Below, piece after piece: positions 54,865 through 64,000 of a stretch of DNA of 64,000 bases. Made by a program: the position numbers and the translations under genes. The stretch is from contig CBDFJR010000002.1 in the NCBI GenBank assembly GCA_965248535.1, positions 1,952,001 through 2,016,000 of the forward strand, read 5' to 3'. Within the stretch, counting starts at the first letter, position 1. Every line of letters starts with the position of its first letter. Source of the DNA: Phormidesmis sp. GTDB taxonomy: Bacteria > Cyanobacteriota > Cyanobacteriia > Leptolyngbyales > Leptolyngbyaceae. The notes below the pieces were generated by a model. The model was not told the origin of the DNA and did not search any database. It worked only from the letters and a program-made list of their open reading frames with translations.

Positions 54865-55818
54865 CTAGGTGACGGAGCCACTGTTCAGAGCTTGAATTTG
54901 CTGATCGGCCAGTTCTTTAGCTTCTTTCGTCGCTAGCATACACTTGCGCTCTAGCGGTTTCATGATGAACGTGTTGTAGAAAAAGAGGCGAATTTTGCGC
55001 CGCAAAGACGACCCCTCTTCGACTTCAGGAACCCCCCTTAAATAGTGCATAATCTTCATTGAGTAAACAATGCCTTTGAGGATTTTGAGCAGATACTCTT
55101 CAGTAAGGCGACTCGCAGGAATGATGTGAGTCAGCTTTAATCGAGCGAACTTTCCAATTCCCAGCCCAATGTCTAGCGCCGATAAAGCCATATCTGTGTC
55201 TTCATTGCTAGCCAATATTTTGCCTGTTTTACCTTTGCGCCCCAGCAGCAAGCGGCGGTTATCGGTTTCAAGCAGATGCACATACTGCTGTCCGACTTCG
55301 TTACGAAGACACATTCCTGCCCCGACAGGCATCGTTTCGATCGTGTCAATGTTTGACCAAACATCTTTATCAAACTGATCGAGAGCCAGCAAGTTCCACA
55401 TCGGACGAGTCCATTCTTCCGGGGTTCCTCCGATAAAATCTGGAACAATCTGACCGCTCCAAGCGCCGATCATGGGGCAAGTTTCGCTGATTTCTAACGC
55501 AAGCCGGAGATAGTCTGAGTCGAGAACATTGTCATCATCGACAAAAACACACAGCTTGCCTTGGGTTTCTTTGAGCGATCGTAGCCGCGCATTCACCAGC
55601 CCTAGCTGTTCTTCAAAGATATGCCGAGCCGCCGGATGCCAACTGAGGTCAATTCGGTCTGCCAAAGGCTGCTGGCTAGCATTGTCAATGAGGAGCAGTT
55701 CCCATTGGTCTAGGGCTAAGGTTTGGGATTTGAGCGCGTCTAAAACTCGATTGAAATAAGCAGCCGTGGGGTTGTGGCTACAAATAATGACGCTAACCGG
55801 ATATTTCATAGAAGTCAC
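54865..55818 (-). CDS. Glycosyltransferase family 2
   Basis: VSVIICSHN, IDNAS, FVDDD, ED motif. Confidence 0.9.
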   Translation of the reverse strand: MTSMKYPVSVIICSHNPTAAYFNRVLDALKSQTLALDQWELLLIDNASQQPLADRIDLSWHPAARHIFEEQLGLVNARLRSLKETQGKLCVFVDDDNVLDSDYLRLALEISETCPMIGAWSGQIVPDFIGGTPEEWTRPMWNLLALDQFDKDVWSNIDTIETMPVGAGMCLRNEVGQQYVHLLETDNRRLLLGRKGKTGKILASNEDTDMALSALDIGLGIGKFARLKLTHIIPASRLTEEYLLKILKGIVYSMKIMHYLRGVPEVEEGSSLRRKIRLFFYNTFIMKPLERKCMLATKEAKELADQQIQALNSGSVT

Positions 55819-55840
55819 TGTTTACGGTTTCTTCGATTGA

Positions 55841-56866
55841 CTAGTCAGGGGTGACACAAGGGGCTTCTGGGCTACTTTCGGGGTTCAATGATTGTCGTTC
55901 CCAGCCGGGTAGGGTCTTTCTGGGTTCAAACTTGAGTTTGCTCCAGATCTTTTTGAGGAAGTAGTCCAGAATAAACAGCGATCGCTTCACGCTCCAACTG
56001 ACTCTGCCTAAATAATTGGGAGAACCTGGAATAATTCCTCCTGTGACAATGCTGAATTCAGACGGTAGAGACTCCATCGGAGGCATATAAAAATAGAACA
56101 AGTAGAATAACTTGGCTTTAACCAAGTGAAAATATAGGAATTCTTTTTGGGTGATCGCATCGAAAAACACGCCATCTCGATAAGTAAAGTTAAACGGAGG
56201 TTCTTCTCGAACCATCGAATTCATATAGACATTGAGACTATATTTCTCTCGCGAATTCATCACCAGATCATAGATAGAAGCCAGTTGAGACGTTTCTCTT
56301 AACTCTTCAAAAGAGAGCGGCTTTCCGTAGAATCTTCGGCAGGATTCATCAAAGTTATAGTACTGACCATTGTCGGTGAATATTTTGATGTAGTCGTCTG
56401 TTTGGCGAAACAAGTTGTTGACCGTTTCGTTGTTGCGAAACATTGTAAAGTGACCAACCAACTGCACTTCAGACGCAGTGATAACATCGTAAGTGGTCAA
56501 AACTTCGTCAGTGATGAAGTGACTAATTTTGCCAAGAATGATGTCTGGATCGCAATATCCCCAAAAATCATAGTCCTTCAGATAATCTTCAAAGATGATC
56601 CCAAACGCAGGTCTAAATTCACTGATTTTGTATCCCCAATCTGTAGTAATGGGTATCCCCAATTTTTGAGAGGCAAGCTCATTGAATTGTTTTAACGTCA
56701 ACGGAATCTTTTTCAAGTTTCCAGAGATATCGGGTTGAGATAAACAGTCATTGAACAGATAGACATCAACGTTATCATCTTGGTTGCGAGCAAACGATTC
56801 CTCAAAATAACGGAAGTATCCTGGTAAACGACCTGCATAAAAAATAATCAGTGCAATCCGGCTCAT
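55841..56866 (-). CDS. DUF6625-like putative glycosyltransferase
   Basis: YAGRLPGYF, YKISEFRPAFG, DFWGYCDPDIILG, GHFT, FDE. Confidence 0.7.
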   Translation of the reverse strand: MSRIALIIFYAGRLPGYFRYFEESFARNQDDNVDVYLFNDCLSQPDISGNLKKIPLTLKQFNELASQKLGIPITTDWGYKISEFRPAFGIIFEDYLKDYDFWGYCDPDIILGKISHFITDEVLTTYDVITASEVQLVGHFTMFRNNETVNNLFRQTDDYIKIFTDNGQYYNFDESCRRFYGKPLSFEELRETSQLASIYDLVMNSREKYSLNVYMNSMVREEPPFNFTYRDGVFFDAITQKEFLYFHLVKAKLFYLFYFYMPPMESLPSEFSIVTGGIIPGSPNYLGRVSWSVKRSLFILDYFLKKIWSKLKFEPRKTLPGWERQSLNPESSPEAPCVTPD

Positions 56867-56932
56867 AGTCTCAATCTCCCTAGGTCAAGTCAATCTGAAT
56901 GGGTCAGTCTCAATAGTCTTAGTCAACTCCCG

Positions 56933-58465
56933 TTAGGGGGCTACGATCGCGCTCCTGTTTTGACTCAATAAATCGGCAGCCCGCATGGCAATCGCCATCG
57001 CTGTCAGCGTTGGATTCTTCTCAACACAGGTCGTAAAGCAACTCGCGTCAATTACGAAAATATTTGGAATCTCGTGCATGGCATTGTGAGCATTGAGAAC
57101 CCCAAATTTTGGATCGTCGTGCATCCTAATCGTTCCTCCAAAGTGAACAGAAGTTCCGGGTGGCTCGATCGCCATGCTCTTGGGTGTAAACTGCCAACCT
57201 GCCCGCTCTAGCAGTTCTTCAGTCGCACGGCGACCCTCATTCAGGGTTTCAAGATCGTCTGGGTCTTGGTGAGTGCTAACTCTCAGCAGCGGCAGCCCAT
57301 ATTCATCTTTAGCGCTGGGATGAAGCGCGACAAACCTAGATTCATTAGGAATCTGAGTGCCAAAACAGGCGAATAAAAGCGGAAATCCTTCATCTTTAGA
57401 AGGTCGTGAACTGAATCCTAAACTCGTTCGCAGGTTAGCGATCGGTCTCTGACTCAGCGCCCCCGCATAGACCTGAAAGCCAGTCGTGCGGAGCGGTGTG
57501 CCGATCGCATAATCTGGCCGAGTCAGATAGGAGGACACCGCTTTTTTAGGAGCGGGACGATCGACTTGGTAATGATAAGCAGCATACATATTGTCATGGA
57601 GATATCGACCCAGCAAACCGTGGGCGTTGTCGATGCCATTGGCACCAGGGCTAGAGCAGGAATTCAAAAGAAGGTGAGTCGAGCCGAGTTGTCCGGCAGC
57701 CAGCATGACGGCTTTACCCCCTAGAAAGCAGAGTTCTCTAGTCTGGCGATCGAGATATTCAACCCCGATCGCTAACGCTTTTGTCTTGTGAAACTGCAAG
57801 CGCGTGACATGGGCGTTACTGATCAACCTAAAGTTCTTGTGCTGTCGGAGTTGATAGAGCAACCGGACTCCAATATTAGTAGGGGACGGAACTTGACTGA
57901 GGATCGTTGATTTGCCATAGACATGACTGGCTGGAAGTAGCCAACGATGCAGCTTTTGAGCGGCGTGAGCTAAGTCAGAAAATTCTGCTGGAACCTCCAA
58001 GACACGGCTAACTTGACAGGCTGGGAGAACGGGGACTGAGGTTGGGGTGCCCCTCACGCCGATCAGTTGTTCGACCCGATCGTAATAAGGCTCCAGATCG
58101 TCATAACGAATGGGCCAACGCAACCGCTCTGAAATAGCTTCACCTTGAGTAAAGTCTTCTGGGGCAAACCGCAAAACCACGCCTCCCCAAAAATTTCCTA
58201 GCCCCCCCAATAAGTGAGCTTTAAACCATCGCGTTAGGGTGTCGTCTAAATTCTCAAAGTGAGGATAGGTGATGTGATCTCTGATTTCTAAAGCATAGGG
58301 TTGGCGAATTTCTTGTCCTCGAAGGCGGATGTGCAGACTTTTGGGGAAACTGCACCCTGATTCTAAGAGCGTGACTTTAAAGCCAGCTTTGACAAGAGTC
58401 CACGCGGCAACTGTGCCCGTCGGACCGCTTCCGACAATAATTACTTGGTCATCTGACATAGCCAT
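56933..58465 (-). CDS. GMC-family FAD oxidoreductase
   Basis: IVGSGPTG, WPIRYDDLEPYY, LGRYLHD, HFGGT, NPTLTAMA. Confidence 0.88.
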   Translation of the reverse strand: MAMSDDQVIIVGSGPTGTVAAWTLVKAGFKVTLLESGCSFPKSLHIRLRGQEIRQPYALEIRDHITYPHFENLDDTLTRWFKAHLLGGLGNFWGGVVLRFAPEDFTQGEAISERLRWPIRYDDLEPYYDRVEQLIGVRGTPTSVPVLPACQVSRVLEVPAEFSDLAHAAQKLHRWLLPASHVYGKSTILSQVPSPTNIGVRLLYQLRQHKNFRLISNAHVTRLQFHKTKALAIGVEYLDRQTRELCFLGGKAVMLAAGQLGSTHLLLNSCSSPGANGIDNAHGLLGRYLHDNMYAAYHYQVDRPAPKKAVSSYLTRPDYAIGTPLRTTGFQVYAGALSQRPIANLRTSLGFSSRPSKDEGFPLLFACFGTQIPNESRFVALHPSAKDEYGLPLLRVSTHQDPDDLETLNEGRRATEELLERAGWQFTPKSMAIEPPGTSVHFGGTIRMHDDPKFGVLNAHNAMHEIPNIFVIDASCFTTCVEKNPTLTAMAIAMRAADLLSQNRSAIVAP

Positions 58466-59530
58466 TTATAGGGTTTCTGCGGGTTGTTGACCCCACCATT
58501 CGCGAATTCTCTCCATTCCCGTTTGCAGCGAGATTTCTGGCTGAAAGTTTAAGCGATCGCGGGACTTTTGATTAGAAAAGATCGGTTGAGCCACCAGTGT
58601 CCTAAATTCATCTGGCGATAAATAGTGAATCGATTTGCCGTAGAGGGCCTTAGCGATCGCGATCGTGGCATCCATCACTTTTCTTTTTTTAAGCATCTTA
58701 GAGACAAATTCTCGAACTAAGGGCATCGAGTCTTGAGGATCGCAACAATAATCAATAGGCAAATCAATCAACGTTTTCTCACTCAAAATAGCCTCATAAC
58801 CAGAGAGAAACTCCTTCCAGCTAATCGGCTGTTGGTGACTGATAATAAAGCGGTGGCGATGAAGATGGGGAACCTCACACGCCCGAATAATAGCCGTGAT
58901 GGCATCATCAATGTAAATTGGATTGCAATAACCCGTTCCACCCCTCGCTAAAGGCATAAATGCTGCCTTCATTTGGCTAAGGGTTTGAGCCGTTTCACCG
59001 GGGTTTCCAGGGCCATAAATCCTCCCCATCTGAAGCACAATCACTTCAGTGTCGCCTGTTTCTGTTTCTAGAACGATTTTTTCGGTCGCTTGCTTAATAG
59101 AGGTTTGAGGTTTGAGCGATGCCAGGCAAGGCGACTCTTCGGTGATCACCCCTGACGCAGGATCTCCATAAACAGCCGTTGAACTGATGTGAACAAACTT
59201 TTTAACCTGAGCCTCTACACAGGCTTGAAGCAGAGTTTGAGTAGAGCGGATGGCAAGCCCAAATTGCTCCCATTGAGTCGCTTGATATTGGGAATGGGCA
59301 AGATGCACGACGCAATCACAACTAGAAAGATGTTGCCGTAATGCTGGCTGATCGCACAGGTCTACTTTCAGATTAGACAGATTGGATTGCTCTGAGACAA
59401 AACTCGATGGAGCCGCAGCCAACGGATCACAGACAGCGATGATGTGATGCCCTTGCTCAAGCAGTTTGACGATCAGCGATCGCCCGATGAATCCGCTGGC
59501 ATCTGTGATGAAAAATTTTAATGCGGTCAT
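58466..59530 (-). CDS. NAD-dependent epimerase/dehydratase-like protein
   Basis: ITDASGFIG, HISSTAVYG, IYGPG; start chosen at ATG 59530. Confidence 0.8.
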   Translation of the reverse strand: MTALKFFITDASGFIGRSLIVKLLEQGHHIIAVCDPLAAAPSSFVSEQSNLSNLKVDLCDQPALRQHLSSCDCVVHLAHSQYQATQWEQFGLAIRSTQTLLQACVEAQVKKFVHISSTAVYGDPASGVITEESPCLASLKPQTSIKQATEKIVLETETGDTEVIVLQMGRIYGPGNPGETAQTLSQMKAAFMPLARGGTGYCNPIYIDDAITAIIRACEVPHLHRHRFIISHQQPISWKEFLSGYEAILSEKTLIDLPIDYCCDPQDSMPLVREFVSKMLKKRKVMDATIAIAKALYGKSIHYLSPDEFRTLVAQPIFSNQKSRDRLNFQPEISLQTGMERIREWWGQQPAETL

Positions 59531-59636
59531 AGAGTCTATCTGAACATTGAGAAATCGGCGATCGTCACAAGATCGAGTCTGCAAGAGCTTAAAGATTTCT
59601 AAACCCTGAGAGTTTTGAGAATCTAAGCTGCAAGTT

Positions 59637-60572
59637 TTATGCGCGTAAAGCCGCTTCCTTGATTGGCTGATATGGAGAATTGCTGAAGGTCATTCCTGAT
59701 GTATCGACATACTGCATATCGCTCCCTTTTCCGCCTGCATAGTGCAGAAAATAGTTGTTCAAGAACGTCGCTGTCATACATTGCGAAATTAGTTCAGATC
59801 GTGAATCTCGCCCAAGTTTTTTCAAGATTCGTTCTGACACAGTAGATTTTGAGTCGAGGAAAGGATACATCAGCGCTTTGAGAATCACCCACGTCATATT
59901 AAATTTTGTAGGCATCCAAAATTCTTTCTGCTGCGTCAGAATTTCGTAACCCAAGGGTCGCTGCTCATAGTTCCACTCTGGCCCTTTGTCTTCATAGTCA
60001 TAATAGACGTGCTCTAAAAGCTCTTGATGATAGCGTCGCGACAAAACCATCACGCCCGTTTGCACGATCGATTCAAACTCCCCCGCTAGTCCAAAGTCAT
60101 TGTAATAAGCGGAAGGATTGAACGCATAGTTCAGATACTCCACCATCGCCTGACTGGGGGCTTCTCCGGGGGCAGCAGAAGCTTTGGTCGCGTCAGGATA
60201 AAAGTAGTCGTGGAATCTTTCTAAGTAAAGCTTGAGGTCATCTTTGCTGGGAGTGGCGGCTTCATCGACGACTCCGATTTTTTCAAGCGGAACTCCCACC
60301 GTGACATCAGGACTGTTTGGGTTGATCAAAATATCAGTGTCGATCCAGACCACTTGGTCATAGTGCTGAACTCTGGGGTCTGAAAAAATCAAGCATTTTT
60401 GCCAGGCAGGGGTTCTAGATTGTGCTCTGGGAGTGCGATCGAGAGGGTCTGTAATCACAATCAGGTCAAAGTTGTGTTTCTTTGCATACAAAGACCACAA
60501 GGATTGGCAATTTTTCTCGAACATCTCCTCATAGGGCTTGCCGATCGCGAGGGTAACAATGGCTTTCTTCAT
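59637..60572 (-). CDS. Putative GT-A glycosyltransferase
   Basis: PAWQK, VWIDTD (DxD), QTGV, EQ, FLHYAG. Confidence 0.7.
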   Translation of the reverse strand: MKKAIVTLAIGKPYEEMFEKNCQSLWSLYAKKHNFDLIVITDPLDRTPRAQSRTPAWQKCLIFSDPRVQHYDQVVWIDTDILINPNSPDVTVGVPLEKIGVVDEAATPSKDDLKLYLERFHDYFYPDATKASAAPGEAPSQAMVEYLNYAFNPSAYYNDFGLAGEFESIVQTGVMVLSRRYHQELLEHVYYDYEDKGPEWNYEQRPLGYEILTQQKEFWMPTKFNMTWVILKALMYPFLDSKSTVSERILKKLGRDSRSELISQCMTATFLNNYFLHYAGGKGSDMQYVDTSGMTFSNSPYQPIKEAALRA

Positions 60573-60662
60573 TTTGTGACCTGCTTTACTTTTAATACCA
60601 AAATGTGGAAATACACTACTTCAGTTTTTTCAATCGCCCAGTTTGAAATAGGGTTCGTTGCT

Positions 60663-61871
60663 CTACTCTTTGATTTGCTCTATCCACAGCTTGGCGACAT
60701 TAGTCCACGTCTCGGTCTCGGCGATTTGCCTGAATTGTTGACTTAATTCATCCAGTTTGGCTCGATTCTTCAACAGTTCCACAACTTGATATGCGATCGC
60801 TGCTTGCGTGCTCTCATCATTTGGGTTACCAGAACTTTTTAGACAATATTCCTTCTCTGACAATGCGGCATAATCGGTAGACACAGGCAAACAGCCAACC
60901 ATTGCTGATTCCTTCAGGGATATCGCATCAATTTCTTCAAAGTTGGTTGCATAGTAGTGAATCACCGCATTTGCTTTTTCTCTAATTAATTCGCTCTGAC
61001 CAATTCTTCCATGCTCTACTAAACCTGGTTGATTCAACAATCCAACCATTTTATCTTTCCAGCCTAAATATTCTAGATTCTCTCCATACATTAGATCTGT
61101 AAACTCCCATCCATAATAAATATGGAGAACTGCTTCTGGAATTTCTTTTTTAATAATTGACCATCCATAAACCAGCATGAGTTCAAGTCCACGCTGATAG
61201 TTAGAAGCATAGATTAGCTTATAGGGATTCTTGCAGGTCAAATCAAGCTTGAGCAGCGATTGATCCACTCCATTGGGGATGATTACAACCTGATTTTCAT
61301 CGACTTGAGGAATCATCTTTCGCTGATAGTTAGACTTGAAAAATATAGTGTGGATGTTCTTTAGGTTCCGGTCATTAAATTGGTCTTTGTAAAGGACATC
61401 ATGCACGTCATACCAAACGCGATTGGCGTTATATGAGACGTTGAGAAAATCTAACCGTCGCCAAAGAATCAACGTATCAAACTGATCAAATCGATTGAAT
61501 TCAGTATAGTGACGATAATTTACTCCATCATAAACCCCTACTTTGTCACCAAAGTTGCCATAAACCGTTACGGCATAGCCTAACTTAGTCCATTCTTTAG
61601 CGAGGTTAATGATAGCCGTTTCAGAACCGCCAATTCCTGTTTTTAAACTGTCTGGAGACCACTCATAGATAGTGTGACCCGCACAATAGACGATCGACTT
61701 TTTAGCCCATTTTTTAGCCGTCATCTGGTCTTTTAGCTCAAACACTCTGTCTTTTAGATCACGTCCTCGTTTGAGGTACTTGATAATCCAAGACATTTTG
61801 CTCTGCTTAATTTGTTCTTTGATCGTCTGAACGTTCATATTGAAGCCTTTTTGAAGATGCGTCGAAATCAA
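60663..61871 (-). CDS. Putative GT-B glycosyltransferase
   Basis: GGSE, IPNGVD, YASNYQRGL, EEIDAISLKE. Confidence 0.75.
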   Translation of the reverse strand: MISTHLQKGFNMNVQTIKEQIKQSKMSWIIKYLKRGRDLKDRVFELKDQMTAKKWAKKSIVYCAGHTIYEWSPDSLKTGIGGSETAIINLAKEWTKLGYAVTVYGNFGDKVGVYDGVNYRHYTEFNRFDQFDTLILWRRLDFLNVSYNANRVWYDVHDVLYKDQFNDRNLKNIHTIFFKSNYQRKMIPQVDENQVVIIPNGVDQSLLKLDLTCKNPYKLIYASNYQRGLELMLVYGWSIIKKEIPEAVLHIYYGWEFTDLMYGENLEYLGWKDKMVGLLNQPGLVEHGRIGQSELIREKANAVIHYYATNFEEIDAISLKESAMVGCLPVSTDYAALSEKEYCLKSSGNPNDESTQAAIAYQVVELLKNRAKLDELSQQFRQIAETETWTNVAKLWIEQIKE

Positions 61872-61889
61872 TTTTTGGCGGGAAGTTGT

Positions 61890-63209
61890 CTACTGTTTGA
61901 CCAACGGAGGAACCACAAAAAGCTTTTGCGTTTTCACGATCGACAAAATTTCAGCATCGACTGCATCCACTCCACCATAAGGCGCAAATTCCGCTCCGCT
62001 AAAATTGCCCTTTATATCGAAATCTCGCACTCCCGTGTCATCCATATACCAGCCATAAGTTTGAATCGCTTCGAGGATGCGACGAGCAGGCAGCGATAGT
62101 TTGATCTTTGTCAAATCTAAGCTCGGATCGAGTTGAACCAAGAACCCGTAGCCCAGCAAGCCTCGGTTATTTTTGTCGATCGAGTTATCTACATTGTTCG
62201 CAGGATAGACGATCGCTCTCCAGGCATTTTTAACCGGGCCAGTCAGCGCATGAGGAATCGGCTGATGGGGATTAATCGCTTCCCCCGGACGAATTAATGC
62301 CACTAAGTCTGACTTTGCCGCCGCATTAATTCCCCCCTGATCACCCAGGTTTGGCAACGTTTCTTTCGGGGTGACCGCTTCCCCAGACCAGTTTCCTAGC
62401 TTGGTTCCTAGATCCGGGCGATCGCAGTCTGGCGACGAAATCCAGGTGGCGACGATCGTGTTGTCTGAGCTATCCAGCCAAATCACCGTTCTGTCAGACG
62501 AGTCATAAGGGACACCCTCTCCAGTCCCTTTGAGCAAAACATTGGCGCTGTTGCGAAGATGAGTCGTGGTGTTATAGCCCTTAAACGGGTTGTGCTGGGG
62601 GCAAACTCCCGGTTTAGCGTAGGCTCCATTGGCTAGCGATAGTTGCCGAACCGGGTCAGTCGCCTTTGAAATCACAAGTCCAATGCCAAACCCGTCAGAC
62701 CCATCTTTAGGAGCGCCCAGCGTCGAGATATGACCGCTTTGAACATACCCGATCGGGAGTTGAACTCGCGCCGAATTTGAGGAAATTTTGTGGTAGAACG
62801 GCGCATCGACCGAGTAGGGCTGGGCATAGCTGCCATTCAGGGGCTGAGGCGTACTTTTAGACCAGTTAGCGGGTCTGAGTTTGCGTAATTCCTCCTTCTC
62901 TAACGACAGATCAATACCAGACGCTTGATACATACGAATGATTTCTTTGCGCTTGGCAATGTAGTCTGGCGGCAGCGTAATGCCAGGGGTTGCGGTGCGA
63001 TCGTAGATCTCGTCTACAGTTCGTGAACGAGCGGTTGAATGAGGCAAATATTGACTAAGCTGGGCGCTAAAAGCTAGAGAGGAAGCAACCGTGGGTTGAG
63101 CAGTGGTGATGGGGGTTTTGCCGATCGTGCAACTGCCAGCCATCGCAATCAGGGCGATCACCACCAGCCCCAAGGAAGTTCGCTTCAGCTTTTTGAAAAA
63201 TAATTGCAT
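61890..63209 (-). CDS. Hypothetical exported protein or lipoprotein in EPS locus
   Basis: N-terminal hydrophobic signal ending AGSC; IPHAL...AIQTYGWYMDDTG. Confidence 0.7.
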   Translation of the reverse strand: MQLFFKKLKRTSLGLVVIALIAMAGSCTIGKTPITTAQPTVASSLAFSAQLSQYLPHSTARSRTVDEIYDRTATPGITLPPDYIAKRKEIIRMYQASGIDLSLEKEELRKLRPANWSKSTPQPLNGSYAQPYSVDAPFYHKISSNSARVQLPIGYVQSGHISTLGAPKDGSDGFGIGLVISKATDPVRQLSLANGAYAKPGVCPQHNPFKGYNTTTHLRNSANVLLKGTGEGVPYDSSDRTVIWLDSSDNTIVATWISSPDCDRPDLGTKLGNWSGEAVTPKETLPNLGDQGGINAAAKSDLVALIRPGEAINPHQPIPHALTGPVKNAWRAIVYPANNVDNSIDKNNRGLLGYGFLVQLDPSLDLTKIKLSLPARRILEAIQTYGWYMDDTGVRDFDIKGNFSGAEFAPYGGVDAVDAEILSIVKTQKLFVVPPLVKQ

Positions 63210-63251
63210 CCTGTACGCTCAACTCTAAGGAGTAGATTGATTGCCGCCCCA

Positions 63252-64000
63252 TCACCCCACTGGCAGCGACTGCACATTATGGAACGACCAATAAGTGCCC
63301 TTATTTTTGAGTAGCTGCTCGTGTCTACCAGACTCGATAATTCGACCCTTCTCCATGACAACAATGCAGTCGGCGCTGCGGATGGTGGATAAACGGTGCG
63401 CGATGACAATGACCGTGCGATTTTGGCGCAGTCGCTCCAGGGCATCCTGCACCAAACGCTCAGACTGAGAATCGAGAGCGCTCGTTGCCTCGTCCAAAAT
63501 GAGAATGTCGGGGTTGCGTAAAATAGCTCGTGCGATCGAGATGCGTTGACGCTGCCCACCCGATAGCTGGACTCCCCGATCGCCGACTAGCGTAGAGTAG
63601 CCTTCAGATAGCTGTTGAATAAATTCATCCGCGTTGGCAAACCGGGCAGCCTCGACCACCTGTTCATCGCTGACATTCTCTAGACCGTAGGCAATATTGT
63701 CACGAATTGACGTATTGAAAATATAGGTATCTTGGCTGACTGTGCCGATGCGCTGTCTCAGAGAGGTCAAATCATAGTCGCGAACATCTTGACCGTCGAT
63801 CTCGATCGTGCCACTCGTCACGTCATAAAATCGGGGCATCAGCACAGCCACCGTTGATTTCCCCGCACCCGAAGCACCCACTAAAGCGACCGTCTCACCA
63901 CAGGGAATCTCTAAATTAAAGTCTTCGATCACCTTAGAGCGATTGTTGTAAGCAAAACTGACATTCCGAAAGGTAATGCCCTTTTGCAATCGGGTAAACT
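63252..64000 (-). CDS. ABC exporter ATP-binding domain (MsbA/HepA-like), partial
   Basis: GASGAGKS, LSGGQRQR, ILDEATSALD, IAHRLST. Confidence 0.9.
   Translation of the reverse strand, partial: FTRLQKGITFRNVSFAYNNRSKVIEDFNLEIPCGETVALVGASGAGKSTVAVLMPRFYDVTSGTIEIDGQDVRDYDLTSLRQRIGTVSQDTYIFNTSIRDNIAYGLENVSDEQVVEAARFANADEFIQQLSEGYSTLVGDRGVQLSGGQRQRISIARAILRNPDILILDEATSALDSQSERLVQDALERLRQNRTVIVIAHRLSTIRSADCIVVMEKGRIIESGRHEQLLKNKGTYWSFHNVQSLPVG

Noticed and set aside
201..63559. Many short ORFs in the track overlapping larger genes
   Set aside because: Antisense or alternate-frame shadows of well-supported genes, with no motifs
1..64000. Very frequent GCGATCGC octamers
   Set aside because: This is the known cyanobacterial HIP1 repeat; it is not a CRISPR array or a novel repeat
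1..64000. CRISPR arrays, tRNA or rRNA genes
   Set aside because: No regularly spaced repeat-spacer pattern or recognisable tRNA/rRNA was seen by eye

Overview
Cyanobacterial chromosome window, judged from the very frequent HIP1 octamer GCGATCGC and genes such as ndhM, cphAB and txlA. The left two thirds is mostly housekeeping and metabolic genes: cphA (partial), cphB, trmD, ndhM, a HerA-like ATPase, a GAF histidine kinase, an ABC1 kinase, two peptide-type ABC substrate-binding proteins flanking phoD, larB, GH16, hppD, rodZ-like, ubiD, ilvB (frameshifted), an NhaP-type antiporter, mltA, txlA, two PTPA-CTERM proteins, rimM and tldE/tldD. Next comes an accessory module of two secreted proteins and a 1703-aa caspase/STAND-NTPase/TM/WD40 protein. 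The right end (about 47.7-64 kb) is an exopolysaccharide cluster. The most notable signals lie outside the ORF track. (1) A 518-bp non-autonomous IS200/IS605 element retains a TnpB-type omegaRNA end and a boxA-like antitermination leader, and sits in the last codon of the ABC1 gene without changing the protein. (2) An identically spaced motif TGCATAA-N13-TCCCTAT-N7-GTGTAAG plus a hairpin precedes both secreted genes upstream of the caspase-STAND-WD40 gene. (3) A lone integron-type cassette (ORF plus attC) has no integrase in the window. (4) An NtcA site and glutamine riboswitch lie upstream of a 3xDUF4278-PirA-like fusion. (5) Both PTPA-CTERM genes share an RBS-occluding 5'UTR hairpin. All family assignments are by eye; no searches were run.
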